Assembly (NCBI GenBank): GCA_002269645.1
Contig: NIVC01002094.1
Location: forward strand, 1-64,000
Reading direction: 5' to 3'
From: Macrostomum lignano
Lineage: Eukaryota
DNA: 64,000 nt
How positions within the stretch are numbered: position 1 is the first letter of the stretch; each line of letters begins with the position of its first letter. The notes beneath the pieces were generated by a model, which worked only from the letters and a program-made list of their open reading frames with translations, ran no database searches and was not told the origin of the DNA. Made by a program: the position numbers and the translations under genes. Shown piece by piece: positions 41,157 through 52,362 of this stretch.

Positions 41157-44100
41157 GTGAGTCACTGCTTGAATATGAGGTGTAGCTGAAAGCAAAAAAT
41201 AATTTAAACTGTGAGTTTATTTAATGAACTTGAAGTTGTGAATTCCTTTGTGGTGACTGTGGCAGCATGCAAAAAACTGTATACAATATTTAGCATTGGT
41301 TTAAATTATTTTATTTTAGCGAAAAATTTTTCATCCATAAAAATATCATGTTACTGAAGTGCTTGTGGTTGTCAGATCGTTGAACGGGCAGTCTCTGGCT
41401 CCGGCCGCTGCCAACAATGTTATACAGGCTGCTCTCTTGGGATGACTCGGTAGATCTCCTGAGCCCTTGGCGGTGCCTTCTAGAGGGATCCGTTTCTTAG
41501 AAATTGTTTCTCATAGCGTTGGTAGTAGCTGCCACCAGCTTGCACGGATCTTCACCTTCGATGAAGGAGATTCCGAGCTAAGCAAAATAAACGAGACGCA
41601 GAAACTCAGCACACCGTGCAGATTTGACAGCTCGTGATGGTGCACACCTTGTCAGCAGGTCCTGCTGGTCTCAAGTGCGGGGATTAGGTACTGTGCTGCT
41701 ATCTCGTTAGCTTAGTTGCTATTATTTGCACAAACTCAGGGCCGTATGCAGAAAGCTCTGTCTAGGGTAGTCTGGTCTTGAAAAGCTAGTCTGGACCACA
41801 GATAGAATAGAATCTGTGGTCTGGACTTGGATTTGGTATGCAGAAACACAAAGTTAGACCGGGACTACCAAGGAATTGGGTCTACTATAGGCAGATTATG
41901 GTAGCTAGACCATAGACTACAGACTGAACTACCCAAGTCCGGACTAGCTAGTCTGGACCACAGATACTAAATACCATAGATGGTTCACTCGACTATATTT
42001 ATCAAAACTACTCTCTGTTCGGTAGTATGATCGTAAAAGGCTATATTTATTTACTCAACTGCATGTAGCCGTGAATAATTAGGCTAATAAAACATAGATT
42101 ATTGAAGTTGTCTACACAATCGTAAGTCAAACTCTAATGCTACATTGCTACTGGTATACTTAGTAATTATTTTTATTCATTTAGCAAGCAAGCAACATTT
42201 TTGTGCATTGCGAGTGAGAAAAAAGAACAAAACGGGGAAATATTTATAATACAGTGAAATTATAATTACCGTAGAATAAAAGGATGCGACTATAAAGTTC
42301 TTAAGTTTTACTAGTAGCATCGAGTAACGTATTATTTTTGGAGACAAATTGAGATTTTAGAAAAATTCGCCATAAAAGACGTAACACAACTGCTCTGAGG
42401 CTCTATATTGGTATTTTAGGTTTAATACCTAAATACTCTGGTGCAAGAATTGTTAACTTCCCTTACATAGAAAAATTTAATATCTATTATCTTTTTCTTT
42501 GTAATATTTGAGTTAGTTTTCCTTAAGTAATATCATCGCTCGTACAATAAAAGTCGGAAACTTTGCTTATTGCCTCAACTTGCATTCCATCAGACCCGAA
42601 GGCCCCCCGCTCCTGGAGCGCTGGGACGCCGTTCGCCTCATCGGCCGCGGTGGCTTCGCCGAAGTCCACGAAGTTCGAACTGACACGGGCGTCACGTGTG
42701 CTGCCAAGACTCTCAGACTGCCTGTGCAGCTCGGTGATGAGCTGCCCTCTGTGAGCACAGAGATCCACAGAGCTATCGAGAGCGAGAGAAACCTGTGCGG
42801 ACTGCGGCATCCCAACATCGTCAGGTTCCTGCACATCGCTCAGCCGGAGCCCGCCACAGTCGTTGTGTTCATGGAGCTGCTGGACGGCCGAAGCTTGGAG
42901 AGGTTTATCGACAACAAGCCGCTGGACGAGCTGACTATTCGAGACTTCAGCGAGCAGGTGAGCATTGTGCATCCTTGATGCTCCTGTTCCATGTTCCCAT
43001 GAATGATGACTGCTCACTGACCGACCGCTCGCAGATCTGCCGCGCGCTGCTCTACCTGCACAGCCGGCAGCCGCCCGTGATCCACAGAGACATCAACTGC
43101 TCGAACATAATTGTTTGTGCTGACAACACGCGAATCAAGCTGATCGACTTCGGCCTGTCAATCAAGCTGGAGCACTCAGTCAGCCACATGTCAGCCTCCA
43201 CTCAGGCACCCAAAGGCACTCTGAACTTCATGGCGCCGGAGCTGCTCGGAGCGGGAGAGTCGGACAGCGTGCAGTACAGCAGAGAGTCGGACATCTGGGC
43301 GTTCGGCTGCTCGGTCTTCCAGATGGCCTCCGGCGCGAGGCCCTTCAAGGGCAACCAAAGCGTCCATCAGGTCGCCTCGAAAATTGCAAACAGTGGCGCC
43401 CCAGCCCTGCCGGACGGCCGGTCCGCAGAGCTGAGGGATTTCTACAGCCGCTGCACCGCCAAGGACCGCAGGAAGAGAAAATCAGCACAGGAGCTGCTGG
43501 GGCACGAGTTCCTGACACAATCTACACAATCGTAAGTCAAACTCTAATGCTACATTGCTACTGGTATACTTAGTAATTATTTTTATTCATTTAGCAAGCA
43601 AGCAACATTTTTGTGCATTGCGAGTGAGAAAAAAGAACAAAACGGGGAAATATTTATAATACAGTGAAATTATAATTACCGTAGAATAAAAGGATGCGAC
43701 AGTATTCGGGCCTCCATCGGTGAGTCTGACCGGTTCGGCTTTCATTGCTGCATTGCGCCTTCCAACAGGCTGACAGCTTGGGGCAGAAATTGCAGCGAAA
43801 CTCAGCAGGGTTGAGCTTGGGTTGACTCTCAGCTCTCCTGCTTGAGGTGCCAGTCTGAGTGCTGCAGCAGCTGCGCTCTCAGCTTTCCATCCAACTTTGG
43901 GCAAATCACCCAAACGCATCTCGGATCATTCCAGGCTCTCAGACGACTCTCAGCAAGACAGGCACCTGAGCGAGGAGCTCCATCAACTGCTTAGCAAGGC
44001 GGGATTCACCGGGCAGAGAGCAAAGTGTCAGCAGAGACTGGCTGACTGGCTTGAAGGAGTCGCTCGAGACCTCACACAGGATGACAGGCAGATGACGGGC

Positions 44101-47100
44101 AGCTTCGCAGAGGGCTGGGGCAACAGTCTGGTGCAAGTGAACGGCAGGACAGCTGTAGACTCGGACATTGACTGGACTGTGCTGGTTGCTGGGCAGCAGT
44201 TCCATCTGGAAGGTGGCTGCGAAGGATCTAAGGACTCCTGCAGAGACGCCACTCAGCTGCAAGTCACGGAGGGCCATGCACAGGTGGCAGTGAGAGCAGG
44301 TGAGTGAGGCTGGGTTCATCATCAGAATGACATATTCTGTGGAATGCGCTGAAATCCGTCTATTTCCTACTTCTTTTTTAAATTCCTATCATCAAGCTAG
44401 TAATAGTAGTGCAAACCAAAGGCTTAATAGTGAGAAATAGTTTGCGAATTTTTTCGCTCTATTGTTTTTTCATATTCAAGCGAAACAATAAAAACCCACA
44501 TCTTTATAGACAGTGTTTTTATTATTTATTTTAATTTGTTTCCTATTTAAATACTTTTTCTGTTTTTAGTTCGTGTTAGGTACTAGACACTCAAATATTC
44601 GCTGAGAAGCCGGTAATTTTATATCCAGTGCTTTTAACTGGCCCTTAAGCGACTCAGAAGTAAAATTTATCCTATATAATCAAGAGAATATCAGCAGTTT
44701 GAAACCCATTCATCCACTCTGCAGGCAGCCAACCGGTAGTGACAGCCACGGCGTGCGGTGTGCGGCCTGCACAGGACACGTGTCATGCGATCGAGTGCTG
44801 CAGCAGTTTCTGTGAGGACAGAATCATAAAAACGTTTCCATTCAGTGGTCCTGTTCACCTCGTTCGGGCGACCAGACCGAGCTCGACCAACGAGCTCAGA
44901 GTGAGCTTCAGCTTCCAAGAGAAAGACATCATGAGACAGCTGAGCACAGTTCAGGGCCAGCTGTTCACACTCATCAAGTTTATCTTCAAGAGACACTTGC
45001 CGCTCACTCTGGACACACCTGGACTCAAGACCTACCATGCAAAGACTCTGCTCTTTAGAATGCTAAAGAAGCATGGCACAAATCCTAAACTTGAGGCTTG
45101 GCAGCCCCACAATCTGATCGCTCTGCTCAAGGAGTCTCTCGACATGATGCTGAGCTTCATCGACTCGAGCAGCTCGCCCGATGAGTGCATGCCGCACTTC
45201 TTCATGCCAGACGCTCCGCTCTACTTCAAGAACGCTGGAATCGGCGGCGACTTCGACAACACGAAGGCGAGGGTTCGAGATCGACTTCTTGAGCTGAGAA
45301 GCGACATCGGCGGAGTGGCGGAGCAGCTGAGGAGACACGTGAGACCTCTGCAGTCAGAGAAGTTCTACTTTCACCCGTTCACTCTGCTGCCTCTGACAGC
45401 GCCGCCTGCTGTCACGGAGATCAGGAAACAAAGTGAATATCCAGAATTTTATTACAATTTCGCAGACGTGTACAGTGTAGTGCATCAGTGTGTGAGCGAG
45501 CTGCAGTCGGAATCGAGCAACAAAGACACCCTGATGAGGCAGCTCAGTCTCCTGCATAAGCTGCAGTGGTGCAAGTGCGCCGCCCTGTGCATGACCGCCA
45601 TGGCGCATTTGAAGTTCGGAGAACCTGAGAAGGCTGAGAGACTCGCGATGGAGCTGCAGAGACATCAGGTTGAGTCAGGGTTGAAGCCACAGGATATCCG
45701 AGACGAGAGTAAATGGCTACGAAATAAGATAAAACTGCCTGCAGACTCAGACTGGGCGTGGAGGTTCTGCCTCCCCTGCGACTCTCCGCCTCGCTTCCCA
45801 TTCCTTCCCGAGTTCACGCAGACTCTGTTCACAGCCAGACTGTCGCAGCCTCTCTCCTCCCACCTGTACGTGAACTTCCGCTGCCTGAGCTGGAGTCTCC
45901 AAGCTGAGCTGCTCCGCAATCGCGAACTTGAAATTAAACTGGAGGATTGGAAGCGAGAGCTGAAAGAAGACCCGGACTTGGAGGAGCTGCTCACTCTGGC
46001 TCACTACAGCGACTGCCGCGAGCACGTGGAGCTCAGCCTGCAGCAGATGGAGATGATCGAGAAAGAGAGACGCGTAGCCATGGAGACGCAGGACGAGGAG
46101 AACATCGGCTGGCTCAGGCAGAAGCTGGAGAGACTTAATGATGCAGAAGTTAGAGTAGCCAAAACACAAGCTGACGTCAATCTTCAACGAAACTCTGGCG
46201 AGTCACCTCTCTACATTGCATCTGAGCAGGAGATCCTGGAAGCCGTTATGTTCGAAAATGAAGCAAAAATTTCACGATACCTGCAGACGCCTTCTAACGT
46301 TGATAGGCTCCTCAGCATCAATGAGATTACTTTCTCACCGCTTCACTTTGCGTGTGAAATTGGAAAAGAAAAAATTGTCGAAATGTTCGCTCGAGCACAA
46401 GCTGACGTCAATCTTCAAGAAGTCCATGGCTGCTCACCTCTCTTCATTGCATCAGAGTGTGGTCACCACCAAGTTGTGAGCTCACTCATCAAAGCACAAG
46501 CTGACGTCAATCTTCAACGAAACGATGGCTGCTCACCTCTCTACATTGCATCAGGGTGTGGTCACCACCAAGTTGTGAGCTCACTCATCAAAGCACAAGC
46601 TGACGTCAATCTTCAACGAAACGATGGCTGCTCACCTCTCTACATTGCATCAGAGTGTGGTCACCACCAAGTCGTGAGCTCACTCATCAAAGCACAAGCT
46701 GACGTCAATCTTCAACGAAACGATGGCTGCTCACCTCTCTACATTGCATCAGGGTGTGGTCACCACCAAGTTGTGAGCTCACTCATCAAAGCACAAGCTG
46801 ACGTCAATCTTCAAGAAGTCGATGGCTGCTCACCTCTCTACATTGCATCAGGGAAGGGTCACCACCAAGTTGTGAGCTCACTCATCAAAGCACAAGCTGA
46901 CGTCAATCTTCAAGAAGTCGATGGCTGCTCACCTCTCTACATTGCATCAGGGAAGGGTCACCACCAAGTTGTGAGCTCACTCATCATAGCACAAGCTGAC
47001 GTCAATCTTCAAGAAGTCCATGGCTGCTCACCTCTCTTCATTGCATCAGAGTGTGGTCACCACCAAGTTGTGAGCTCACTCATCAAAGCACAAGCTGACG

Positions 47101-50100
47101 TCAATCTTCAACGAAACGATGGCTGCTCACCTCTCTACATTGCATCAGGGTGTGGTCACCACCAAGTTGTGAGCTCACTCATCAAAGCACAAGCTGACGT
47201 CAATCTTCAACGAAACGATGGCTGCTCACCTCTCTACATTGCATCAGAGTGTGGTCACCACCAAGTCGTGAGCTCACTCATCAAAGCACAAGCTGACGTC
47301 AATCTTCAAGAAGTCGATGGCTGCTCACCTCTCTTCATTGCGTCAGGGTGTGGTCACCACCAAGTCGTGAGCTCACTCATCAAAGCACAAGCTGACGTCA
47401 ATCTTCAACGAAACGATGGCTGCTCACCTCTCTACATTGCATCAGGGTGTGGTCACCACCAAGTTGTGAGCTCACTCATCAAAGCACAAGCTGACGTCAA
47501 TCTTCAAGAAGTCGATGGCTGCTCACCTCTCTACATTGCATCAGGGAAGGGTCACCACCAAGTTGTGAGCTCACTCATCAAAGCACAAGCTGACGTCAAT
47601 CTTCAACGAAACGATGGCTGCTCACCTCTCTACATTGCATCAGAGTGTGGTCACCACCAAGTTGTGAGCTCACTCATCAAAGCACAAGCTGACGTCAATC
47701 TTCAACGAAACGATGGCTGCTCACCTCTCTACATTGCATCAGGGTGTGGTCACCACCAAGTTGTGAGCTCACTCATCAAAGCACAAGCTGACGTCAATCT
47801 TCAACGAAACGATGGCTGCTCACCTCTCTACATTGCATCAGGGAAGGGTCACCACCAAGTTGTGAGCTCACTCATCAAAGCACAAGCTAACGTCAATCTT
47901 CAACGAAACGATGGCTGCTCACCTCTCTTCATTGCATCATGGAATGGTCACCACCAAGTTGTGAGCTCACTCATCAAGGCAAAAGCTGACGTCAATCTTC
48001 AACGAAACGATGGCTGCTCACCTCTCTACATTGCATCACAGAGGGGTCAACACCAAGTTGTGAGCACACTAATCAAAGCACAAGCTGATGCGATTGGTGT
48101 ACATATTGATAGTCAAGAATTGGCTAAAAGTACATTCGCTGTGAAAGAGCCACCAAAACTGTTAGATTTTGGGTAAGATTCATTTTTTATTTTTTGTTCT
48201 AAATAACTTTTTCGAGTAGTTTTTTACGGGTCCGATGAAGATAAGGTAATTGTCCAAGCAAGCGGTCGTGAGAGGCAGTATTGGCAGTTGGAACCGCATG
48301 CAAACAGTGGAAAGCGAGAGCTTGCTGAATTCTGAGTCAAGATGGATTTAACATGGCTGATATCACAGGCTAGTGTATCTGCTCACAGGGTTTATCCGTG
48401 ACTCAGAAGTAAATGCAATGTGAATGTGGAGTTCAGGGCCCCATCTGCCGTCATCCCCATAATTGGCATCGTCAGCAAATCAGGTTTCTTTTTTATTTAC
48501 TCGGACCGCTCAGATCCGTTCGGCCAATAAAGTTGCCTCGTAAACATGCCACTCTACAGACACTCTACCGGACAGTAACGAAAATTGGACCATTTTTCAG
48601 AAACAAACCATGCACATATCTTCTCTGGACACTGGGCTCACCCTATGGACTCACCACCGGCCTGACTCACCCCACCTCCAGCATTCCCCACCCCACCTCC
48701 TGCCTCCTTCACTCCACACACAGGTCTCTGAATCTAAAGTATCAAATCCTCATCACTGAATTAACTCTTTTCCCACCTGCCAACCATATCACAGACACTC
48801 TGCTTGGACACTGTATGGGCAGTCATGGAAATTGCACACATTTTCTGTAAACTAAACTAAACTAAACTAAAGAACTAATTAAAGGATCAACTGCCTGCAA
48901 AATGATCAGCAAAATCAATTCATGCACTGTTCGGGAGAGCTTCCCTGTGCTACACAAATCAGTCAATTAACCCATGTAGGCCTGCAAGTTTTTCACCTAT
49001 AACTCACATTTTAGATGCAGTCCCAGCGACTCAGAGCTGAGCCATCAGCTGCACTCAGCACTGGAGCAGTCAGGCTTCACCGAATCCCGAGCCGCATTGC
49101 AGAGCGCAGCTGCCGATGTCCTGCAGCAGATTCTAAGAAGTCGACTGAACTACGATAACTTTTTTGTCATTGGCAGCTACTCAGAAGGCTGGGGAAACAG
49201 CCTGACGACACTGGATGGCAGAACTGACTCCAATTCCGACATTGATGTGATGTGTTTGATTCCCGGTCGAGAATACCACCAGAGAGGCCTGTGCGAGTGC
49301 GATGGCGCTCCGGAGCAGCACGAGTTTGTGAACGGGCACATTCAGTGCTCAGGATTCGGTGAGCTCTCTCTTGGGAGTGAGATGGTGTTAGTTCTGTTAG
49401 TGATTTCTTCTGGTAGTGCAGGCATTCCCGTTTTGTGTCCCACCTGGGTAAAGTATTACTGGGAAACTCATGGCATTGTGCGTAGCTACGAGCTCGCATA
49501 AAATCGCTAAAAATATCTACGACCCAAACAAGAACCTGACTGTTTTCTTTCAGTCTGGATTGATTTGGTACATATGCATGAGCATTTAAAAATTTATTGA
49601 ACCTGCGGGGTTCTGTGATAGGTAGCTAGCTATACCCACAGAATGGTAGTCCCGTTTTGGAAACTTGCATTTATTATATGTACCTCAGTATTTTATATAC
49701 GCTTATAGTATAGGTAACAATATTCGACTTTTCTTCTTTCACAATTAGTCCAAAACATCACTGCACAGACTCAATGCTGTATATTGCCCAATCGGGAACC
49801 GAATCGTTTTTACAGCCTCCAACCCTGCTGATGCGACAGACGGATGCACACTGAGGCCAGCACTGGACAATGTCTCCGCATGCCGTCTCTGCCGCTACCC
49901 GCCCATCGCGCCGCTGCTACCAAACCGCGTCTCGAACATCCCTCATTCGGTGCTGGAGGCTCTCCGGAAGGTTCTCACCTCCGCCTCATCGCCCTGCCAC
50001 GTGGTGCACGCAGCCTCTCCTGACCGAGGGGGCGAAGAGCTCCGCGTGAGCACCAGCTTCCTGGAGAACCGGATGCTGCGAAGTCTCTCTACCCTGCAAG

Positions 50101-51269
50101 GCCAACTGTTCGTCACACTCAAATACCTGGTCAAGAAGGTCATTTGTCACAAGAATGGCTTCAATCAGCAAGGCTTGAAGTCCTACCACGTGAAGACCAT
50201 CACCTTCCGAATGGTGGACGAGACGCCGGTCGAGCAGTGGAAGACGGAGAACCTCGTGAGTCTCACGAGACAGACGCTGCAGATGCTGCTCGACTGTGTG
50301 GAGAAGAGCCGAGAGCAGGACAGACAAACACCTGACACACCTGACCGATCTCGGGGTCGCATCATGAAGCATTTCTTTCTCAGCGATGCGGCCATCTACC
50401 TCAAGGGTGCGGACAAGGAGAGAGCGGACCAGCATTTGGACGGCATCATGAGCACACTGAGAACAGTAATCGATCGGCTGCCTCAACTGCTGCAGCAGTT
50501 CATCGGCAGTCTCAGACCTGTGAGCGACTCAGGCACATTCTACTTCCATCCGTTCCTAATCCTGCCGGATCTGAGGCCGAAACCACTCACGAAGTCCAGT
50601 GCTCTCGAGTATTATCAGATCTACGACGTGGTGAGAGAGTGTCTGGTGCGTCTCTCGCACAGTGACTGCAGCCAGCGATCTCAGGAGTCGCTCACAGAGC
50701 TGATTTCCAGACTGCCAGACTGCGTCCTCTCAGCACGGGAGGCTCTCAGAGTGCTGGCTTGCCTGAAGTTCGGCTACCGAGGAACTGCAGAGAGAATCGT
50801 GAGCTTCTGCTCAGGTCACTCGGTGAGCAGAGGTATCGCTTGGTCTCGTGAGAAGTCGGCGACTGAAGCGACTGTGGAGTTCGTGATGCGGGATCTGAGC
50901 AGCCGCGACTCAGCGTGGAAGTTTTGCTTTAAGTTCGACCAGCGACCGAAACTCGAGTTCTTGTCAGGAGCTCTGAGGGAGTGCTTTCCCCTCCGGTTGT
51001 CAAGCATAGATGACCATTTCTACATGAACTTTGATGCTCTGCTGTGGGCTCTGCGGCTCGAGCTGCGGACTGATGGAGAAGCGCGCGCTCAGGACTGGAT
51101 CCGAGATGTGGCTAAGAGAGAGGACTCGGATGAGCAGGAGCTGCTGGTTGCCGCTTTTTATTCTTCGAATCCAGAGCAGCTTCAGGAAATGATGAATAAG
51201 CTGAAGATGATGGGAGCATATTCTCTTGATTGGCTGAAGGCGGGAATTCAGGAAAAATGGTGCTTTTAA
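40876..51269 (+). CDS. Predicted 7-exon gene (~2250 aa): ANK-like / Ser-Thr kinase / Mab-21-cGAS-like NTase / 17 ANK repeats / second Mab-21-cGAS-like NTase
   Basis: Exons 40876-41156, 42594-42957, 43035-43531, 43935-44299, 44725-48172, 49015-49358 and 49816-51269 have GT-AG introns with matching phases (2,0,2,1,2,1). They total 6753 nt, an open frame of 2250 aa plus stop. The join is inferred, not shown by transcripts. Confidence 0.65.
42111..42290 (+). repeat. 180-bp direct repeat, copy 1 (copy 2 at 43521-43700), flanking the kinase exons
   Basis: tctacacaatcgtaagtcaaactc...aggatgcgac matches at both sites, offset 1410 bp. Confidence 0.95.
42594..43531 (+). CDS. Protein kinase domain (STE11/MAP3K-like), exons 42594-42957 and 43035-43531
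   Basis: Motifs GRGGFAEV, CAAK, IESE (helix C), [20 protein letters not shown] and SDIWAFGC. The 77-nt intron is GTGAGC...CAG. The exon ends TC|GTAAGT (phase 2). Confidence 0.95.
43935..46140 (+). CDS. Mab-21/cGAS-like nucleotidyltransferase module 1 (exon 43935-44299 plus the 5' part of exon 44725-48172)
   Basis: GSFAEGWG...SDID metal-binding motif, third acid in RPAQD, then LRVSFSFQEK, GLKTYHAKTLLF and MPHFFMPD, which match the Mab-21 C-terminal helical motifs. Confidence 0.9.
46395..48077 (+). CDS. Array of 17 near-identical 99-bp (33-aa) ankyrin repeats within exon 5
   Basis: Consensus AQADVNLQ(RND/EVD/EVH)GCSPL(Y/F)IAS(GC/EC/GK)GHHQVVSSLIK; 17 x 99 = 1683 bp exactly. Confidence 0.97.
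49015..51269 (+). CDS. Mab-21/cGAS-like nucleotidyltransferase module 2 (exons 49015-49358 and 49816-51269)
   Basis: GSYSEGWG...SDID, RPALD, LRVSTSFLEN, GLKSYHVKTITF and MKHFFLSD. There is no in-frame ATG ahead of the motif. The phase-2 acceptor is TTTTAG|49015 (or CAG|49021). Confidence 0.9.
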
Positions 51270-52362
51270 ATGGCTACTTGGCAGTGAAGAGCTGCAGAAA
51301 ATGTTTATGCTCCAGATAAACAGTTCATTAAAATTTATTTGCAGACCTTTTGAATTAATTCTAATATATTTAAATTTCTAGCTTCGACCACGTTTTCCCG
51401 ACGAGATTCTCTCGCCAAATATTTTTATCTACAATTAGTTTTTGCTCTATAATGATCACAAATGCATTCTAATATTAGTTGCTCATCTTCTAAGGTATAT
51501 ACTAAAATGAAAATGTCTGTGTAAATAAGTATATTTCACGTTTACGCGCTTCCGTTTCGCAAATTTGTAAATTGCGGGCATTTTTAACTTAATGGGTATT
51601 TTACTCAGTCAAACTATTTTAATGGTATATTGTTTAGCTAGTATGTAACTTAACAAAGCTAGCCTAGCCCAGCACAGATACCATTATTCCACTTATTTCA
51701 CGGCAGTACAAAGATTAGGGGTGAATAGATTAATAAATGCGAAAAAAAACTTCATCCAGGAGCTGAATTCTTTATCTGGTCCTTGAAGTGAAAAAAGTTT
51801 ACCTTTCCCTGAAACATACTCGTACGATGGTCAATAGACAGAAGAAAATATTATCGTTGAAAAATGCCTGTGTAACTTCAATTTGTAAGTTACTCGGACA
51901 ATTGATGTGCCTTATACTAGATCTTTTAAGCTACATGTACAGGTAGCTTAGTAAATTGTTTAAATGCGCTTACAGTATGATAATGATGCAACTTCTAACG
52001 TTTCCGCTTTTGAATAGATCCACCTTCAGTTATCCTGTTTGCTTTGCATCGCAGGGTAAAGTCTGCAAATTTTACTTTAAAAAAAGTACATTTTTTGTCG
52101 TTTCTCTATAATTGTCAATTCTGTAACAATAAAGTGAGCCATTGTATTCTCTAACAGTTACTGATGGTACAGTGAATTTTATGTGCATCATTTGCTGCAA
52201 ATTTGATTTGTATAATTGCTATATTTTGGTGAACTACGAGTATGAAGAAATAGACAGTATGAATAAAAATTAACTATACTAAAAGCAACAAGTTCTGTAC
52301 ATGCTTTCTCTCTCTGTGTCTTGGTGTACCAAAGTCACGAGACGTGTTGTGTGTTGCGTGTT

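Noticed and set aside
48413-48850. 145-aa ORF between the ANK array and NTase 2
   Set aside because: No motifs; it lies within the predicted intron 48173-49014.
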